Positions 27,316 to 39,995 are shown, counted from the first letter of the stretch. The stretch is DNA of 64,000 bases from Nitrospinota bacterium (GCA_035528715.1 DATKYB010000051.1:50-64049); one strand, 5' to 3'. Numbers and translations: made by a program. The notes: a model not told the origin generated them from the letters alone.

Positions 27316-28589
27316 CATTTCTTGTTGGATTGATCCTTTTATTGGCTTTGCTTGGTGTCCCCCTTTTTGTTGTGATATCTTCGATTGCTCTCTTGGGATT
27401 CTACAGCATCGATATCAATTCAGCTGCTATCATTGTTGAGATGTACAGGATGACCAGTTCCTCCACCCTTATAGCCATTCCCCTCTTTACATTAGCGGGC
27501 TATATTATGGCTGAAAGCAATACGCCTCTTCGTCTTGTCAATCTCTCAAAAGCCTTTTTCGGTTGGCTACCTGGCGGGTTGGCTATAGTTACATTAGTAG
27601 CATGCGCCTTTTTTACGGCCTTTACTGGGGCTTCTGGTGTTACCATTATTGCTCTAGGCGGTATTCTTTATCCCATACTCCTAAAGGAGAAGTATCCCGA
27701 GGGATTTTCTCTTGGGCTTATCACATCATCTGGAGGTTTGGGCCTTCTCTTTCCTCCTAGCCTCCCGATTATCATGTACGGTCTTATCGCTCAAACCAGT
27801 ATAGATAAACTATTTGTGGCTGGTATCATCCCAGGCCTTATTTTGATAGCTGTTCTTTCTCTTTATAGTGTCAAAAAAGGTTACTCATCAAAGGTGCCGA
27901 AGGAACCCTTTTCTTTTGAAAATGCTATAAAATCTGTTAAAGAAGCTGTCTGGGAGATTCCCCTTCCCTTTATTATTCTTATTGGTATTTATGGAGGCTA
28001 CTTTACGGCAAGTGAGGCTGCTGCAATAACAGCCTTTTATATCCTGATTGTAGAGGTCTTTATATATAAAGACCTCAATCTCTTTAAAGATATCCCGCGC
28101 ATCACCAAAGAGAGCATGCTGCTTGTTGGTGGTATCCTGATTGTCTTAGGTACAGCCTTGGGTCTCACTAATTTCCTCATTGACCAGCAAATACCGATGA
28201 AATTACTAGGTTTTATGAAGACCTATGTAACACATAAGATCGTATTCTTAATCTTATTAAACATTTTTCTCCTTATGGTGGGGTGCCTCATGGATATATT
28301 TTCTGCTATCATCGTGGTGGTACCCCTCATCATCCCTATTGCAAAAGACTTTGGAATACATCCTATACATTTAGGCATCATTTTTCTCACCAATTTAGAG
28401 ATCGGATATTCTACACCTCCTGTGGGCATCAATCTCTTTATCTCCAGTTTTAGATTTAAAGAGCCTGTTTTAAAATTATACGGAGCGACCTTACCCTTTG
28501 TTGCCATACGCCTTCCTATCCTTATTCTCATAACATATCTACCTATTTTAAGCTTGAAGTTAGTAGAAATAATCTGGGGGAGTTATTAA
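27312..28589 (+). CDS. TRAP transporter large permease (DctM family)
   Basis: 425 aa polytopic permease. Confidence 0.8.
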   Translation: MTFLVGLILLLALLGVPLFVVISSIALLGFYSIDINSAAIIVEMYRMTSSSTLIAIPLFTLAGYIMAESNTPLRLVNLSKAFFGWLPGGLAIVTLVACAFFTAFTGASGVTIIALGGILYPILLKEKYPEGFSLGLITSSGGLGLLFPPSLPIIMYGLIAQTSIDKLFVAGIIPGLILIAVLSLYSVKKGYSSKVPKEPFSFENAIKSVKEAVWEIPLPFIILIGIYGGYFTASEAAAITAFYILIVEVFIYKDLNLFKDIPRITKESMLLVGGILIVLGTALGLTNFLIDQQIPMKLLGFMKTYVTHKIVFLILLNIFLLMVGCLMDIFSAIIVVVPLIIPIAKDFGIHPIHLGIIFLTNLEIGYSTPPVGINLFISSFRFKEPVLKLYGATLPFVAIRLPILILITYLPILSLKLVEIIWGSY

Positions 28590-29744
<1,155 letters not shown>

Positions 29745-29837
29745 TTTTTTGTTAAATAGTTGACAATCTCTTGAGAATTTGATATTTTTTCACTTTTAAA
29801 ATCTTGTTGATAACTAACGAGTTCAGCAAATAAGGGG

Positions 29838-30164
29838 GTGAGGATATTGTTCATTGATTCAGTTTATGCCATGGGTGGTTCACCACTTCAAGGAGGTGGA
29901 AGTACTTTCAGTGCTTTTGTACCTCTTATCTTAATCTTTGTCATATTCTATTTTCTTTTGATCAGGCCACAACAGAAAAAACAGAAAGATCATAGAAGGA
30001 TGATCGATAGCTTAAAAAAGGGTGATGAAGTCGTAACATCAGGAGGAATTCACGGGAGTATAGCAAAGGTTAAAGACGACATAGTACATCTTGAGGTGTC
30101 TGAACAGGTGAAGCTGAGAGTCAGTAGGTCAGCCATAGCCATGATCAAGAAGAAAAGTGAATAG
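29838..30164 (+). CDS. yajC: Preprotein translocase subunit YajC
   Basis: FLLIRPQQKKQKDHRRMIDSLKKGDEVVTSGGIHG. The position tgt-yajC-secDF is conserved. Confidence 0.8.
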   Translation: MRILFIDSVYAMGGSPLQGGGSTFSAFVPLILIFVIFYFLLIRPQQKKQKDHRRMIDSLKKGDEVVTSGGIHGSIAKVKDDIVHLEVSEQVKLRVSRSAIAMIKKKSE

Positions 30165-30292
30165 ATAAATATTTTATCTTTAAGTTGAGAATTATACCGG
30201 TTAACCGTTGTTTTTGATCATTAACTTTATATAATCGGTCGAGTTCTTTATAATTTCTATTACTTAAAAAACAATTTTTTTAGAAGTAGGGA

Positions 30293-31846
30293 ATGGGTAT
30301 GAAAAGGAATTTGATGTGGAGAATATTACTCATCATTTTTATTCTTGTAATCTCTCTTTGGTCTGCCACGCCTTTAAAAGAAAAGATAAAATTAGGTTTA
30401 GATCTCCAAGGTGGTATGCATCTTATTCTGGAGGTAGAGACGGAAAAGGCAGTGGAAAACGCTGTTGAGAGGATAGTGGATAATATAAGAAGTGATCTCA
30501 GAAAAGAAAGGATAAGACAGGTAAGTATAAAGAAAGATGAAAAAAACAATATTATTTTTGAACCGATATCTGATCGGGACTTAAAAAAGATTGAGAAGAT
30601 AATAAAGAGTTATTCTTTAGAGAGAGCATGGGAGGACAAGGAAGGTCATATAGCCTATTCCTTTATGGGTCGAAATGTAAAAAGAATTAAAGAAAATGCA
30701 GTTGACCAGGCATTAGAAACGATTCGCAACCGTATTGACCAGTTTGGAGTAGCAGAACCAACACTACAAAGACAGGGGAAGAAGAGGATTCTTATTCAAC
30801 TTCCTGGGGTGAAAGATCCTGATAGGGCTATAAACTTAATAGGAAAAACAGCATTGTTAGAGTTTAAACTGGTTGATGAAGATCATAGTATAGAGGAGGC
30901 TTTAAAAGGAAAAATCCCTCAAGGATATGAAATTTTATATGAAAAAAAGATTGATAAAGTGTCTGGAAAAGTAACACAAAGACCCCATCTCTTAAAAAAG
31001 AGGACACTCCTTACAGGAGAATATCTTACCAATGCCGAGGTAAGAATAGATTCACGACAGTTCAATGAACCTTATGTCCTTATAAACTTTGATAAAACAG
31101 GGGCTCGTATCTTTAAGAAGATAACAGGTGACAATGTAGGAAAAGGACTTGCTATTATTTTAGATAGAAATGTCTATTCAGCCCCTGTGATTAGAGAAAA
31201 AATTCCTGGCGGAAGTGCTCAGATATCTGGTTCTTTTACGATGGAGGAAGCTCATGATCTTGCTATTGTCTTAAGGGCAGGTGCCTTGCCTGCTCCAGTA
31301 AAGATTCTGGAAAACAGGACTGTTGGACCATCTCTTGGTAAGGATTCTGTTGAAAAAGGGATAAACTCCATGATATTGGGGGGTATTTTAGTAATAGTTT
31401 TTATGTTTATTTATTACAGGTTATCGGGTTTAGTAGCGGACGGAGCGCTCATATTGAATATTTTACTCCTTGTGGGTGCAATAGGATATTTTAGGGCTAC
31501 CTTGACCCTTCCAGGTATAGCAGGAATTATATTGACAATCGGAATGGCAGTTGATGCCAATGTATTGATATTTGAGAGGATTCGAGAGGAATTAAGGTTA
31601 GGAAAAACAGTGAGGGCAGCTGTGGATGGAGGTTTTTCAAAGGCATTTCGAACGATTCTTGATGCAAATGTGACGACACTGATAGCTGCCATTTTCCTCT
31701 TTCAATTTGGAACTGGGCCAGTTAAAGGTTTTGCGGTTACCCTTATAATAGGAATAATCGCCAGCATGTTTACAGCTATCTTTGTTTCTAGGGTTGTATT
31801 TGATCTTGTTCTCAGCAGAGTAAGGGTGAAAAAGTTAAGCATATAA
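30293..31846 (+). CDS. secD: Protein translocase subunit SecD
   Basis: LGLDLQGG motif and C-terminal 6-TM domain. Confidence 0.9.
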   Translation: MGMKRNLMWRILLIIFILVISLWSATPLKEKIKLGLDLQGGMHLILEVETEKAVENAVERIVDNIRSDLRKERIRQVSIKKDEKNNIIFEPISDRDLKKIEKIIKSYSLERAWEDKEGHIAYSFMGRNVKRIKENAVDQALETIRNRIDQFGVAEPTLQRQGKKRILIQLPGVKDPDRAINLIGKTALLEFKLVDEDHSIEEALKGKIPQGYEILYEKKIDKVSGKVTQRPHLLKKRTLLTGEYLTNAEVRIDSRQFNEPYVLINFDKTGARIFKKITGDNVGKGLAIILDRNVYSAPVIREKIPGGSAQISGSFTMEEAHDLAIVLRAGALPAPVKILENRTVGPSLGKDSVEKGINSMILGGILVIVFMFIYYRLSGLVADGALILNILLLVGAIGYFRATLTLPGIAGIILTIGMAVDANVLIFERIREELRLGKTVRAAVDGGFSKAFRTILDANVTTLIAAIFLFQFGTGPVKGFAVTLIIGIIASMFTAIFVSRVVFDLVLSRVRVKKLSI

Positions 31847-31875
31847 TGACTTTTAGGAGTGAGAAATAGAATAAT

Positions 31876-32781
31876 ATGGAAATTATAAAGCCAGGTATCA
31901 ATATTAATTTTATTAGCAAAAGGAAAACTTTTCTCATTTTATCATCTGCAATCATTATTGTCGGAATCAGCTCATTTTTAATAAAGGGGGGATTTAACTA
32001 CGGGATTGACTTTGTAGGGGGGACTTTAGTTCAGTTAAGATTTCAAAAAGATATTAAAATAGATGAAATTAGAGAGGGACTTAGAGGTGTAGATTTAGGA
32101 GACAGTGTTATCCAACATTTTGGTAATGAAAAGGAAATCTTAATCAGGGTAGAGAAATCAGAATCTGGCCTTGAGGGGATGCAAGGAGATATTAAGAGAG
32201 CTCTAGCGGAATCTCCTGATCTAGGAAAATTTGAGGTTGAGAGAACAGAAATGGTTGGTCCCCAGGTTGGAAAGGATTTGAGAAGAAAAGCATTATTAGC
32301 TATATCTTATGCCCTTTTAGGGATTGTTTTTTATGTTGCATGGAGATTTGAGTTTAAGTATGCAGTGGCTGCTATTATTGCATTGCTCCATGATGTTTTG
32401 TTTACCTTAACTGCCTTTTCATTGACAAATAGAGAGATTAATCTTCCTATTATTGCAGCCCTATTGGCTATCATCGGCTATTCTCTAAACGATACAATAG
32501 TTGTCTTTGATCGAATCAGAGAGAACCTAAAGGTTCGAAAGAAAGAGGCCTATGAGGTAACAATTAACAATAGTATTAATGAGACCCTCAGTCGGACATT
32601 GTTGACTTCCCTAACGACTCTCATTGTTCTCGTGGTCCTCTTTTTCTTGGGGGGCGAGGTAATCAATAATTTTTCCTTTGCCCTCATCGTAGGGGTAATC
32701 GTCGGAACATATTCTTCTATTTTTATTGCCAGCCCCATCTTAGTAATGTGGCGGTCTAAGTCAAAACGTAAAGCTTTATAA
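31876..32781 (+). CDS. secF: Protein translocase subunit SecF
   Basis: GIDFVGGT motif and 6 TM helices. Confidence 0.9.
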   Translation: MEIIKPGININFISKRKTFLILSSAIIIVGISSFLIKGGFNYGIDFVGGTLVQLRFQKDIKIDEIREGLRGVDLGDSVIQHFGNEKEILIRVEKSESGLEGMQGDIKRALAESPDLGKFEVERTEMVGPQVGKDLRRKALLAISYALLGIVFYVAWRFEFKYAVAAIIALLHDVLFTLTAFSLTNREINLPIIAALLAIIGYSLNDTIVVFDRIRENLKVRKKEAYEVTINNSINETLSRTLLTSLTTLIVLVVLFFLGGEVINNFSFALIVGVIVGTYSSIFIASPILVMWRSKSKRKAL

Positions 32782-32887
32782 AGATTATTTAAACATTTTC
32801 TGTATTTCAAGTTTCTCCTTGACAAGAAAAAAAAAAGATGTATATTAATACTTTTTTAAAAATAGAGAATAATTTATTCATCTATAA

Positions 32888-33769
32888 ATGTCTAAAAAAG
32901 ATTTCTTCATACCCAATAATTTTGGGGGGTTGCCTTTAAAATATTCAAATCATGAAGGTTCAAGAGTACTAATTATTCCCATTCCTTATGAACGAACCGT
33001 TTCTTATAGAAAAGGAACAAGAAAGGGTCCTCGAGCCATTATTGAGGCTTCAAAAAATCTTGAGCTTTATGATGAGGAACTCAAGGAGGAAATATATAAA
33101 ATAGGAATTCATACCTTAAATGAAATAAAACCTCTTTGTGATGATCCAAAGGAGATGATTGAAAAGGTATTTGAAATTATTTCACCAGAGGTAAAGGTGG
33201 GGAGATTAGTTATTACTCTGGGGGGTGAACATTCTATTACGATTGCTTCTGTTAAGGCTCATAGAGAAAAATTTAAAAATCTTTCAGTATTACAATTAGA
33301 TGCTCATGCCGATTTAAGAGATTCCTATTGTGGAACAAAATATAGTCATGCCTCCGTGATAAGAAGAATACTGGATTTTACCCCTGTTACTCAGGTGGGT
33401 ATAAGAAGCCTTTCTAAAGAGGAGGCAGACTTTGTCAAAAAGAGAAAAAGAGTAGTGTTTTTTGCTAAAGACATCTTTAAAAATAAGACCTTTTTTGAAG
33501 AGATTATGTCTTCTCTCTCTGAAGAGGTCTATCTAACTATAGACCTTGATGTCCTTGACCCCTCTATTATGCCTTCTGTGGGGACTCCTGAACCTGGTGG
33601 ATTCCAGTGGTATGACATATTGAATTTCCTTCACACTCTTTCTCAAAGAAAAAAAATTGTTGGATTCGATGTTGTTGAATTGGCTCCAATATCAGGCAAT
33701 GTCTCCCCTGATTTTTTAGCAGCAAGACTCATATATAAGTTAATAGGGTACATATTTAAAGGAAATTAG
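32888..33769 (+). CDS. speB: Agmatinase/arginase-family ureohydrolase
   Basis: GGEHS..., LQLDAHADLRD, DLDVLDP Mn-binding motifs. Confidence 0.8.
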   Translation: MSKKDFFIPNNFGGLPLKYSNHEGSRVLIIPIPYERTVSYRKGTRKGPRAIIEASKNLELYDEELKEEIYKIGIHTLNEIKPLCDDPKEMIEKVFEIISPEVKVGRLVITLGGEHSITIASVKAHREKFKNLSVLQLDAHADLRDSYCGTKYSHASVIRRILDFTPVTQVGIRSLSKEEADFVKKRKRVVFFAKDIFKNKTFFEEIMSSLSEEVYLTIDLDVLDPSIMPSVGTPEPGGFQWYDILNFLHTLSQRKKIVGFDVVELAPISGNVSPDFLAARLIYKLIGYIFKGN

Positions 33770-33796
33770 ATTTAATCTTTAATTTGGAGAACAAAA

Positions 33797-34165
33797 ATGG
33801 TTTCAAGCAAAGAATGGGAGGGACAAAAGAAGGTATTATTAGAAAAGAGGAAATATCTTTTAAAGAAAATATCTGAAAAAAAGTCTACTGAAGATAGTGC
33901 CTTAGAACTGGGTCATGGAGATGATTTAGATAAAGCATCGGCTTCAAGAGATTTAGAGATACATTATATGTTAAGCAGTAGAGAAAGAGAAGAGTTAAAG
34001 GCAATAGATGAGGCTTTAAGAAAGATAGAAGACAAAGATAAAACGTATGGCATTTGTGACATGTGTAGTAAGAAGATAAGCAAAAAGAGACTGTTGGCTT
34101 TACCTTTAACACCCTATTGCAGAGACTGTCAGTCAGAAATGGAAATGGAATCTAAAGAGATATGA
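33797..34165 (+). CDS. DksA/TraR-family C4 zinc-finger protein
   Basis: C-terminal CDMC...CRDC zinc finger and coiled-coil N-terminus. Confidence 0.75.
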   Translation: MVSSKEWEGQKKVLLEKRKYLLKKISEKKSTEDSALELGHGDDLDKASASRDLEIHYMLSSREREELKAIDEALRKIEDKDKTYGICDMCSKKISKKRLLALPLTPYCRDCQSEMEMESKEI

Positions 34166-34221
34166 GAATTTAACAATCATAAGAATTCGTGTATTACGAA
34201 TCTTTTTTAAAATCCGCTATT

Positions 34222-35418
34222 TTATCTTTGAAACAGAAAAGAATTCTTAAGCTTTCCAGGAACAATCTTTCCTAAGATTGTCTTTTTCTTTGCACCAGTT
34301 ACAAGGGGTAGATTATTTGGAATCCCAGAGATTGTTTCATTAGCAAGAATGCCAAATGCCATAGCCTCGAGTGCATCGGAAGAATAATGATAGTCCTCCA
34401 TTGTATGAATTGATAGAGGTGCCAACCCCTTTTTTAACCAGGATAGTAAAGTAAGATTTTTAGTTCCTCCACCCCCGAAGATAATTCTCGAGAGATTAAA
34501 TCTTGGGAGAACAAATAGTTTATAATTTAAAATAATAGAATCTGATGTAAAAGCAGTTACCGTACTTATCAGATCATTATCACTTATATTATACTTCTCT
34601 GCAATTTTTAAAATCCTATCAATAAAGTGATTTCCAAATTCTTCTCTACCAGTAGATTTTGGAGGAGGTTTTGTAATATAGGGATGATTCATAAGGATAT
34701 CAAAAAGCCTTTTGTCAACCTTCCCTTTTGAAGCCCACTCTCCCATTTCATCATATTTTTTATGATTTCTTGTAAGTTTTGAAATAATTCCATCAATAGC
34801 CATATTACCTGGTCCTGTATCAAAGGCAATGACTTTGTCAATATCATTATTGTCAGGAATTACAGTAACATTACTTATTCCTCCTATATTATGGACAGCC
34901 CTCGTCTCTTTTTTATTCCTAAAAAGGAGGTAGTGTACATAAGGCGTTAAGGGAGCCCCCATTCCTCCAGCAGCAATATCTCTTGGTCGGAAATCAGATA
35001 CAGTAGTTATTCCTGTCATTTCAGCTATTATAGATGGCTCACCTATCTGAAGAGTTGAGGGTGTTTTTGCATTTTTTTTAGATGATTGATGAGGCATATG
35101 ATAGATAGTTTGTCCATGAGAACCTATGAGGGCTATATCTCTTTTTTTCATTTTGCTTTTTTTAATAATTTTTAAAGCTGCTCCAGCAAATACCTTCCCT
35201 AAAAGGAAATTTAAAGAACAGATTTGGTCTACCCTTGAACTATCTGGAGATGATGCCTTCAGTATCTCCTTTTTTATTTTAGCTGGGTAGGGAAAGGTCT
35301 GAAAATCGACTAATTTAACCTTTGAATTTAATCCAAAGCCTTTTATATTTACGATAGCTGCATCGACTCCATCAGCAGAAGTTCCTGAAACAAGGCCAAT
35401 CACGTTTTTATCATCCAT
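34222..35418 (-). CDS. anmK: Anhydro-N-acetylmuramic acid kinase
   Basis: N-terminal VIGLVSGTSADGVDAAIV motif. Confidence 0.85.
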   Translation of the reverse strand: MDDKNVIGLVSGTSADGVDAAIVNIKGFGLNSKVKLVDFQTFPYPAKIKKEILKASSPDSSRVDQICSLNFLLGKVFAGAALKIIKKSKMKKRDIALIGSHGQTIYHMPHQSSKKNAKTPSTLQIGEPSIIAEMTGITTVSDFRPRDIAAGGMGAPLTPYVHYLLFRNKKETRAVHNIGGISNVTVIPDNNDIDKVIAFDTGPGNMAIDGIISKLTRNHKKYDEMGEWASKGKVDKRLFDILMNHPYITKPPPKSTGREEFGNHFIDRILKIAEKYNISDNDLISTVTAFTSDSIILNYKLFVLPRFNLSRIIFGGGGTKNLTLLSWLKKGLAPLSIHTMEDYHYSSDALEAMAFGILANETISGIPNNLPLVTGAKKKTILGKIVPGKLKNSFLFQR

Positions 35419-35517
35419 AGTTCTTGACTTTGTATAACGTTTTGTAATATAGTATATTACATAAATTTAGGAAAATATTAACACTAATCTTCTCTTATGT
35501 AAATAGAGAGTTTCGGC

Positions 35518-36402
35518 TTGAAAATAGGAGAACATGATATGAAGATACGGAAGGCGGTTTTCCCAGCAGCAGGATTAGGAATAAGATTTCTTCCAGCGAC
35601 TAAGGCATCGCCAAAAGAGATGATACCCTTGGTTGATAAACCTTTAATTCAATATGTGATTGAGGAGGCAGTGGCTGCTGGTATTGAGGATATAATACTC
35701 GTAACGGGTAAGGATAAGAGGGCGATCGAGGATCATTTTGATACCTCTTTTGAGTTAGAATATGTATTAAAGGCAAACCGTGACTACTCTCGTCTAAAAG
35801 AAGTCCAAAAAATTTCAAACATGGTTACACTCTGTTATGTTCGTCAAAAAGAGGCGCTTGGTCTTGGTCATGCGATCTTGTGTGCCAAAGATATTGTTGG
35901 AAATGAACCCTTTGCAGTCCTATTGGGTGATGACATTATTCATTCCAGGAAACCGTGTATAAAACAGATGATGGATATTTACGAAAAGATTCAATCATCT
36001 ATTATAGCTGTAGAGAAAGTAAATAAAAAGGAAGTTCATAAATATGGTATCATAAAACCTAAGAAATCAGGAGAAAGACTCTGGGAGATATTAGATCTCA
36101 TTGAGAAACCAAAGATCGGCAATGCCCCATCGAACATGGCAATCATTGGACGATATATATTAACACCAGAGATATTTGATTTACTTAAAAAAACAAAGCC
36201 GGACAGAAAAGGAGAGATACAGCTGACTGATGGATTGAAGCTATTACTCAAAACTCAAAAGATATATGGTTATCACTTTGAAGGCAAGAGATATGATGCA
36301 GGTGATAAGCTTGGCTTTTTAAAAGCAACAGTGGAATATGCTCTCATGCGTCCTGATCTGGGTAGTGAATTTCGAGCTTATCTTAAGGGTTTAAAATTAT
36401 AA
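35518..36402 (+). CDS. galU: UTP--glucose-1-phosphate uridylyltransferase
   Basis: KAVFPAAGLGIRFLPATKASPKEMIPLVDKPLIQY. Confidence 0.85.
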   Translation: MKIGEHDMKIRKAVFPAAGLGIRFLPATKASPKEMIPLVDKPLIQYVIEEAVAAGIEDIILVTGKDKRAIEDHFDTSFELEYVLKANRDYSRLKEVQKISNMVTLCYVRQKEALGLGHAILCAKDIVGNEPFAVLLGDDIIHSRKPCIKQMMDIYEKIQSSIIAVEKVNKKEVHKYGIIKPKKSGERLWEILDLIEKPKIGNAPSNMAIIGRYILTPEIFDLLKKTKPDRKGEIQLTDGLKLLLKTQKIYGYHFEGKRYDAGDKLGFLKATVEYALMRPDLGSEFRAYLKGLKL

Positions 36403-36449
36403 AGTATTAGCAGAATTTTTTAAAGGATCTTTTTAGAAGAGTTTCATTT

Positions 36450-38822
36450 ATGAAAGAAAAAAACTCCAGAAAGAAGACAGATCATAAGATTCCCAAAACA
36501 TTACCTCTTTTACCTGTAAGAGATATAGTTATATTTCCCTATATGGTTACTCCTTTATTTGTTGGGAGAGAACGTTCTATACAAGGGGTGAATTATGCGC
36601 TTGCTAATGATAGGATGATAATGTTGGTTAGTCAGAAAGAACCAGATATAGAAGATCCCCAACCAGAAGATATGTACAATATTGGAACCGTTGCTACGAT
36701 TGTAAGGATGCTAAAATTACCAGATGGAAGGATAAAGATTTTAGTACAGGGCTTAATAAAGGCGAGGATTTTGAAATACATTCAGCAGGATCCTTTTTCC
36801 ATTGTTGACATAGAATCCATAAAAGAACCACCAGAACCTAAAAAATCATTAAAACTAGAAGCAATGATGAGGAGTATAAAAGACCAATTAGATAAGATTA
36901 TTTCTTTGGGGAAGGTTATTTCTCCAGATACTTTAGTAGTGGCTGATAGCTTGGAATCACCAGGTAGACTCGCAGATCTCATAGCATCTAATATCGGACT
37001 GAAGGGTCAAGAAAGTCAGTCTATTCTTGAGATAACCGATCCAGAGAAAAGGCTAAAGAAGGTAGTTGAGTTGTTAAATAAAGAATTGGAACTTATGAAC
37101 ATGCAACACAAGATTCAAAACAAAGCAAAGGAAGAGATGTCAAAGACCCAAAGAGAATATTTTTTAAGAGAACAGTTAAGGGCTATTCAAAAAGAGTTAG
37201 GAGAAGTAGATGAAAAGACAGAAGAGATAAATGAGTTTAAAGATAAGATAGAGAAATCATTAATGCCTCCAGAGGTTGAGAAAGAGGCAAAAAGGCAATT
37301 AAAAAGGTTAGAGAGAATGCATCCTGACGCTTCTGAAGCTTCTGTTGTGAGAACATACTTAGAATGGTTGGTTGAAATGCCATGGAGTAAAGAAACGAAG
37401 GATAATTTAGAGATAAAAGAAGCCTCTGAAGTATTAGAGGAAGATCATTATAATTTGGAAAAGGTAAAAGAGCGAATCTTAGAATACTTAGCGGTTAGAA
37501 AATTAAAAGAGAAAATGAAAGGTCCTATCTTGTGCTTTGTTGGACCTCCTGGGGTAGGTAAAACCTCTCTCGGCAAGTCTATAGCTCGAGCTTTGGGTAG
37601 AGAATTTATAAGGATATCTTTAGGAGGGATAAGGGATGAAGCTGAAATTAGGGGACACAGAAGAACCTATGTTGGGGCCCTACCAGGAAAGATTATTCAG
37701 GGAATTCGTCAGGCAGATTCTAATAATCCAGTCTTTATGATGGATGAAATTGATAAAATTGGGACAGATTTTAGAGGTGATCCCGCTTCTGCATTATTGG
37801 AGGTCTTAGATCCAGAACAGAACAATACCTTCACTGATCATTATTTAGGGGTTCCCCTGGATCTCTCTAATGTGATGTTTATAACAACTGCTAATCTGAG
37901 CGATCCCATACCATCTGCTCTCAAGGATAGGATGGAGATTATTAATATTTCGGGATATACTGATGAAGAAAAGCTGAAGATTGCACAAAAGTATCTGATA
38001 CCAAGACAAACGAATGAAAATGGAATCGAAGGAGATTATCTAAAGATATCTAACAAGGCTTTACTAAAGATAATAAATCAGTATACAAGAGAGGCTGGTC
38101 TTAGGAATCTTGAAAGGGAGATAGCGTCTATATGCAGAAAAGTAGCAATGAAGATCGCTGAAGGAGAAAAGAAGATTTATAGAATTAATACTGAAAATCT
38201 CCAAAAATATCTTGGGGTCAGAAAATTTCCATCAGAAATAGATAAGAGCAAAGACCAAGTAGGAGTTGCTACTGGATTGGCATGGACCCTTGCAGGGGGA
38301 GAGATTATCTATATTGAGGCAACATCAATGAAGGGGAAAGGAGTATTAACCCTTACAGGACAGTTGGGAGAAGTTATGCAGGAGTCGGCTAAGGCAGCTT
38401 TGAGTTATACACGTTCGAGGTCAAAAGAACTGGGATTAAGAGACGATCTCTATTCAAAAACAGATATTCATATCCATGTTCCAGCAGGGGCTATACCAAA
38501 AGACGGCCCTTCAGCTGGAATTACCATGGCAGCAGCATTAATCTCTTCTTTGATAAAGATACCTATAAAGAATGGTGTGGCAATGACAGGAGAGATAACC
38601 TTAAGGGGCAGGATATTGCCTATTGGTGGGATAAAGGAGAAGATATTGGCTGCAAAGAGAGCAGGAATTAAAAAAGTAATTTTACCTAAGTTAAACGAAA
38701 AGGATTTAGAAGAAGTGCCTCATAATGTAAAGAGAGGATTAGAACTCATTTTTGCAGAGGAAATGGATGAGATTTTAGATAAGTTTTTGGCAAAAAGATT
38801 AAAAAGAAAAATAAGGGCTTAG
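36450..38822 (+). CDS. lon: ATP-dependent Lon protease
   Basis: LON N-domain, Walker A GPPGVGKTS, and catalytic serine region PKDGPSAG. Confidence 0.95.
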   Translation: MKEKNSRKKTDHKIPKTLPLLPVRDIVIFPYMVTPLFVGRERSIQGVNYALANDRMIMLVSQKEPDIEDPQPEDMYNIGTVATIVRMLKLPDGRIKILVQGLIKARILKYIQQDPFSIVDIESIKEPPEPKKSLKLEAMMRSIKDQLDKIISLGKVISPDTLVVADSLESPGRLADLIASNIGLKGQESQSILEITDPEKRLKKVVELLNKELELMNMQHKIQNKAKEEMSKTQREYFLREQLRAIQKELGEVDEKTEEINEFKDKIEKSLMPPEVEKEAKRQLKRLERMHPDASEASVVRTYLEWLVEMPWSKETKDNLEIKEASEVLEEDHYNLEKVKERILEYLAVRKLKEKMKGPILCFVGPPGVGKTSLGKSIARALGREFIRISLGGIRDEAEIRGHRRTYVGALPGKIIQGIRQADSNNPVFMMDEIDKIGTDFRGDPASALLEVLDPEQNNTFTDHYLGVPLDLSNVMFITTANLSDPIPSALKDRMEIINISGYTDEEKLKIAQKYLIPRQTNENGIEGDYLKISNKALLKIINQYTREAGLRNLEREIASICRKVAMKIAEGEKKIYRINTENLQKYLGVRKFPSEIDKSKDQVGVATGLAWTLAGGEIIYIEATSMKGKGVLTLTGQLGEVMQESAKAALSYTRSRSKELGLRDDLYSKTDIHIHVPAGAIPKDGPSAGITMAAALISSLIKIPIKNGVAMTGEITLRGRILPIGGIKEKILAAKRAGIKKVILPKLNEKDLEEVPHNVKRGLELIFAEEMDEILDKFLAKRLKRKIRA

Positions 38823-38931
38823 AGATGTTTCATATAAGTTCATTATTTAAAAACGGAAGATTAGCGATAAAATTGCCTAGCTCTAAAGAGATAAGAAAGT
38901 ATGTTTTAAGTCAATTGAGACGCATGGTTGG

Positions 38932-39960
38932 ATGCTTTTAATGGAAATAAAAGAGATAGGAGAGTTTAAGTTAATTGAAAAGATGAATAGACATATTGAA
39001 ACTGACGAGAGGGTCTTTCTGGGTATCGGAGATGATTGTGCTGTTACAAAGTTTGATTCTAATTCTTTACTAATAACAACCACAGATATATTGATTGAGG
39101 GAGTTCACTTTCAATTAGACCAAATCTCACCTCAACAACTGGCTTTAAAATCCCTCGCAGTCAATCTAAGCGATATTGCATCCATGGGAGCAGTGCCTCT
39201 TTATGCACTAGTTTCTCTGGGTATCCCTTCATATATAACGGTAGAGTTTATAGACGATTTTTATAAAGGGTTGAGTGAGTATAGCAGAAAATACAATGTA
39301 TCGATTATTGGAGGAGATACTGCTTTATCAAAATCAGGATTGATAATTAATATTGTATTATTAGGGAGGCAGTTTCAAGATCTTATCATTACCAGAGGGG
39401 GAGCTCAAGTCGGAGATAGTATCTTTGTGACAGGTACTTTAGGAGATTCTTTTGCAGGGTTAAAAGTTTTTGATATAAAGAAGAAAGATAAGATAAGCCC
39501 GAGACTTGAAAAATCTGCAGATTTTGTTATCAAAAGACACTCTTTTCCATCTCCAAGAATTGAGGAGGGAAAATTTTTAGCAGAGAATCAATTAGCCTCT
39601 TCTATGATAGACCTGAGTGATGGTATCGCTTCAGATATAAAGAGAATATCTGAGCAGAGTAAGGTTGGTGCAAGAATTCTTACAGAATCTATTCCAATCT
39701 CTAAAGAGATGAAAGAGTTGGTTAATTCTTTTGGAGAAGACCCTTTAGAATTTGCTCTTTACGGAGGAGAAGACTACGAGCTTTTATTTACGGTCAGGAA
39801 GCAAGACTTAGAAAGATTGACGACATTGAAAGAATCTCTCAATACTCCTATATCTCATATTGGAGAAATAGTGAAATTGGAAGAGGGGATAAATCTCGTA
39901 CAGAAGGATAATACTTTATTCCCTCTGAACAGGACAGGGTATGAACATTTCAAAAGTTAA
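38932..39960 (+). CDS. thiL: Thiamine-monophosphate kinase
   Basis: GDDCAV...LITTTDILIEGVHF PurM-like fold typical of ThiL. Confidence 0.8.
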   Translation: MLLMEIKEIGEFKLIEKMNRHIETDERVFLGIGDDCAVTKFDSNSLLITTTDILIEGVHFQLDQISPQQLALKSLAVNLSDIASMGAVPLYALVSLGIPSYITVEFIDDFYKGLSEYSRKYNVSIIGGDTALSKSGLIINIVLLGRQFQDLIITRGGAQVGDSIFVTGTLGDSFAGLKVFDIKKKDKISPRLEKSADFVIKRHSFPSPRIEEGKFLAENQLASSMIDLSDGIASDIKRISEQSKVGARILTESIPISKEMKELVNSFGEDPLEFALYGGEDYELLFTVRKQDLERLTTLKESLNTPISHIGEIVKLEEGINLVQKDNTLFPLNRTGYEHFKS

Positions 39961-39995
39961 GTAATTTCTCTATATAAGGAATAAGGAATAAGGAT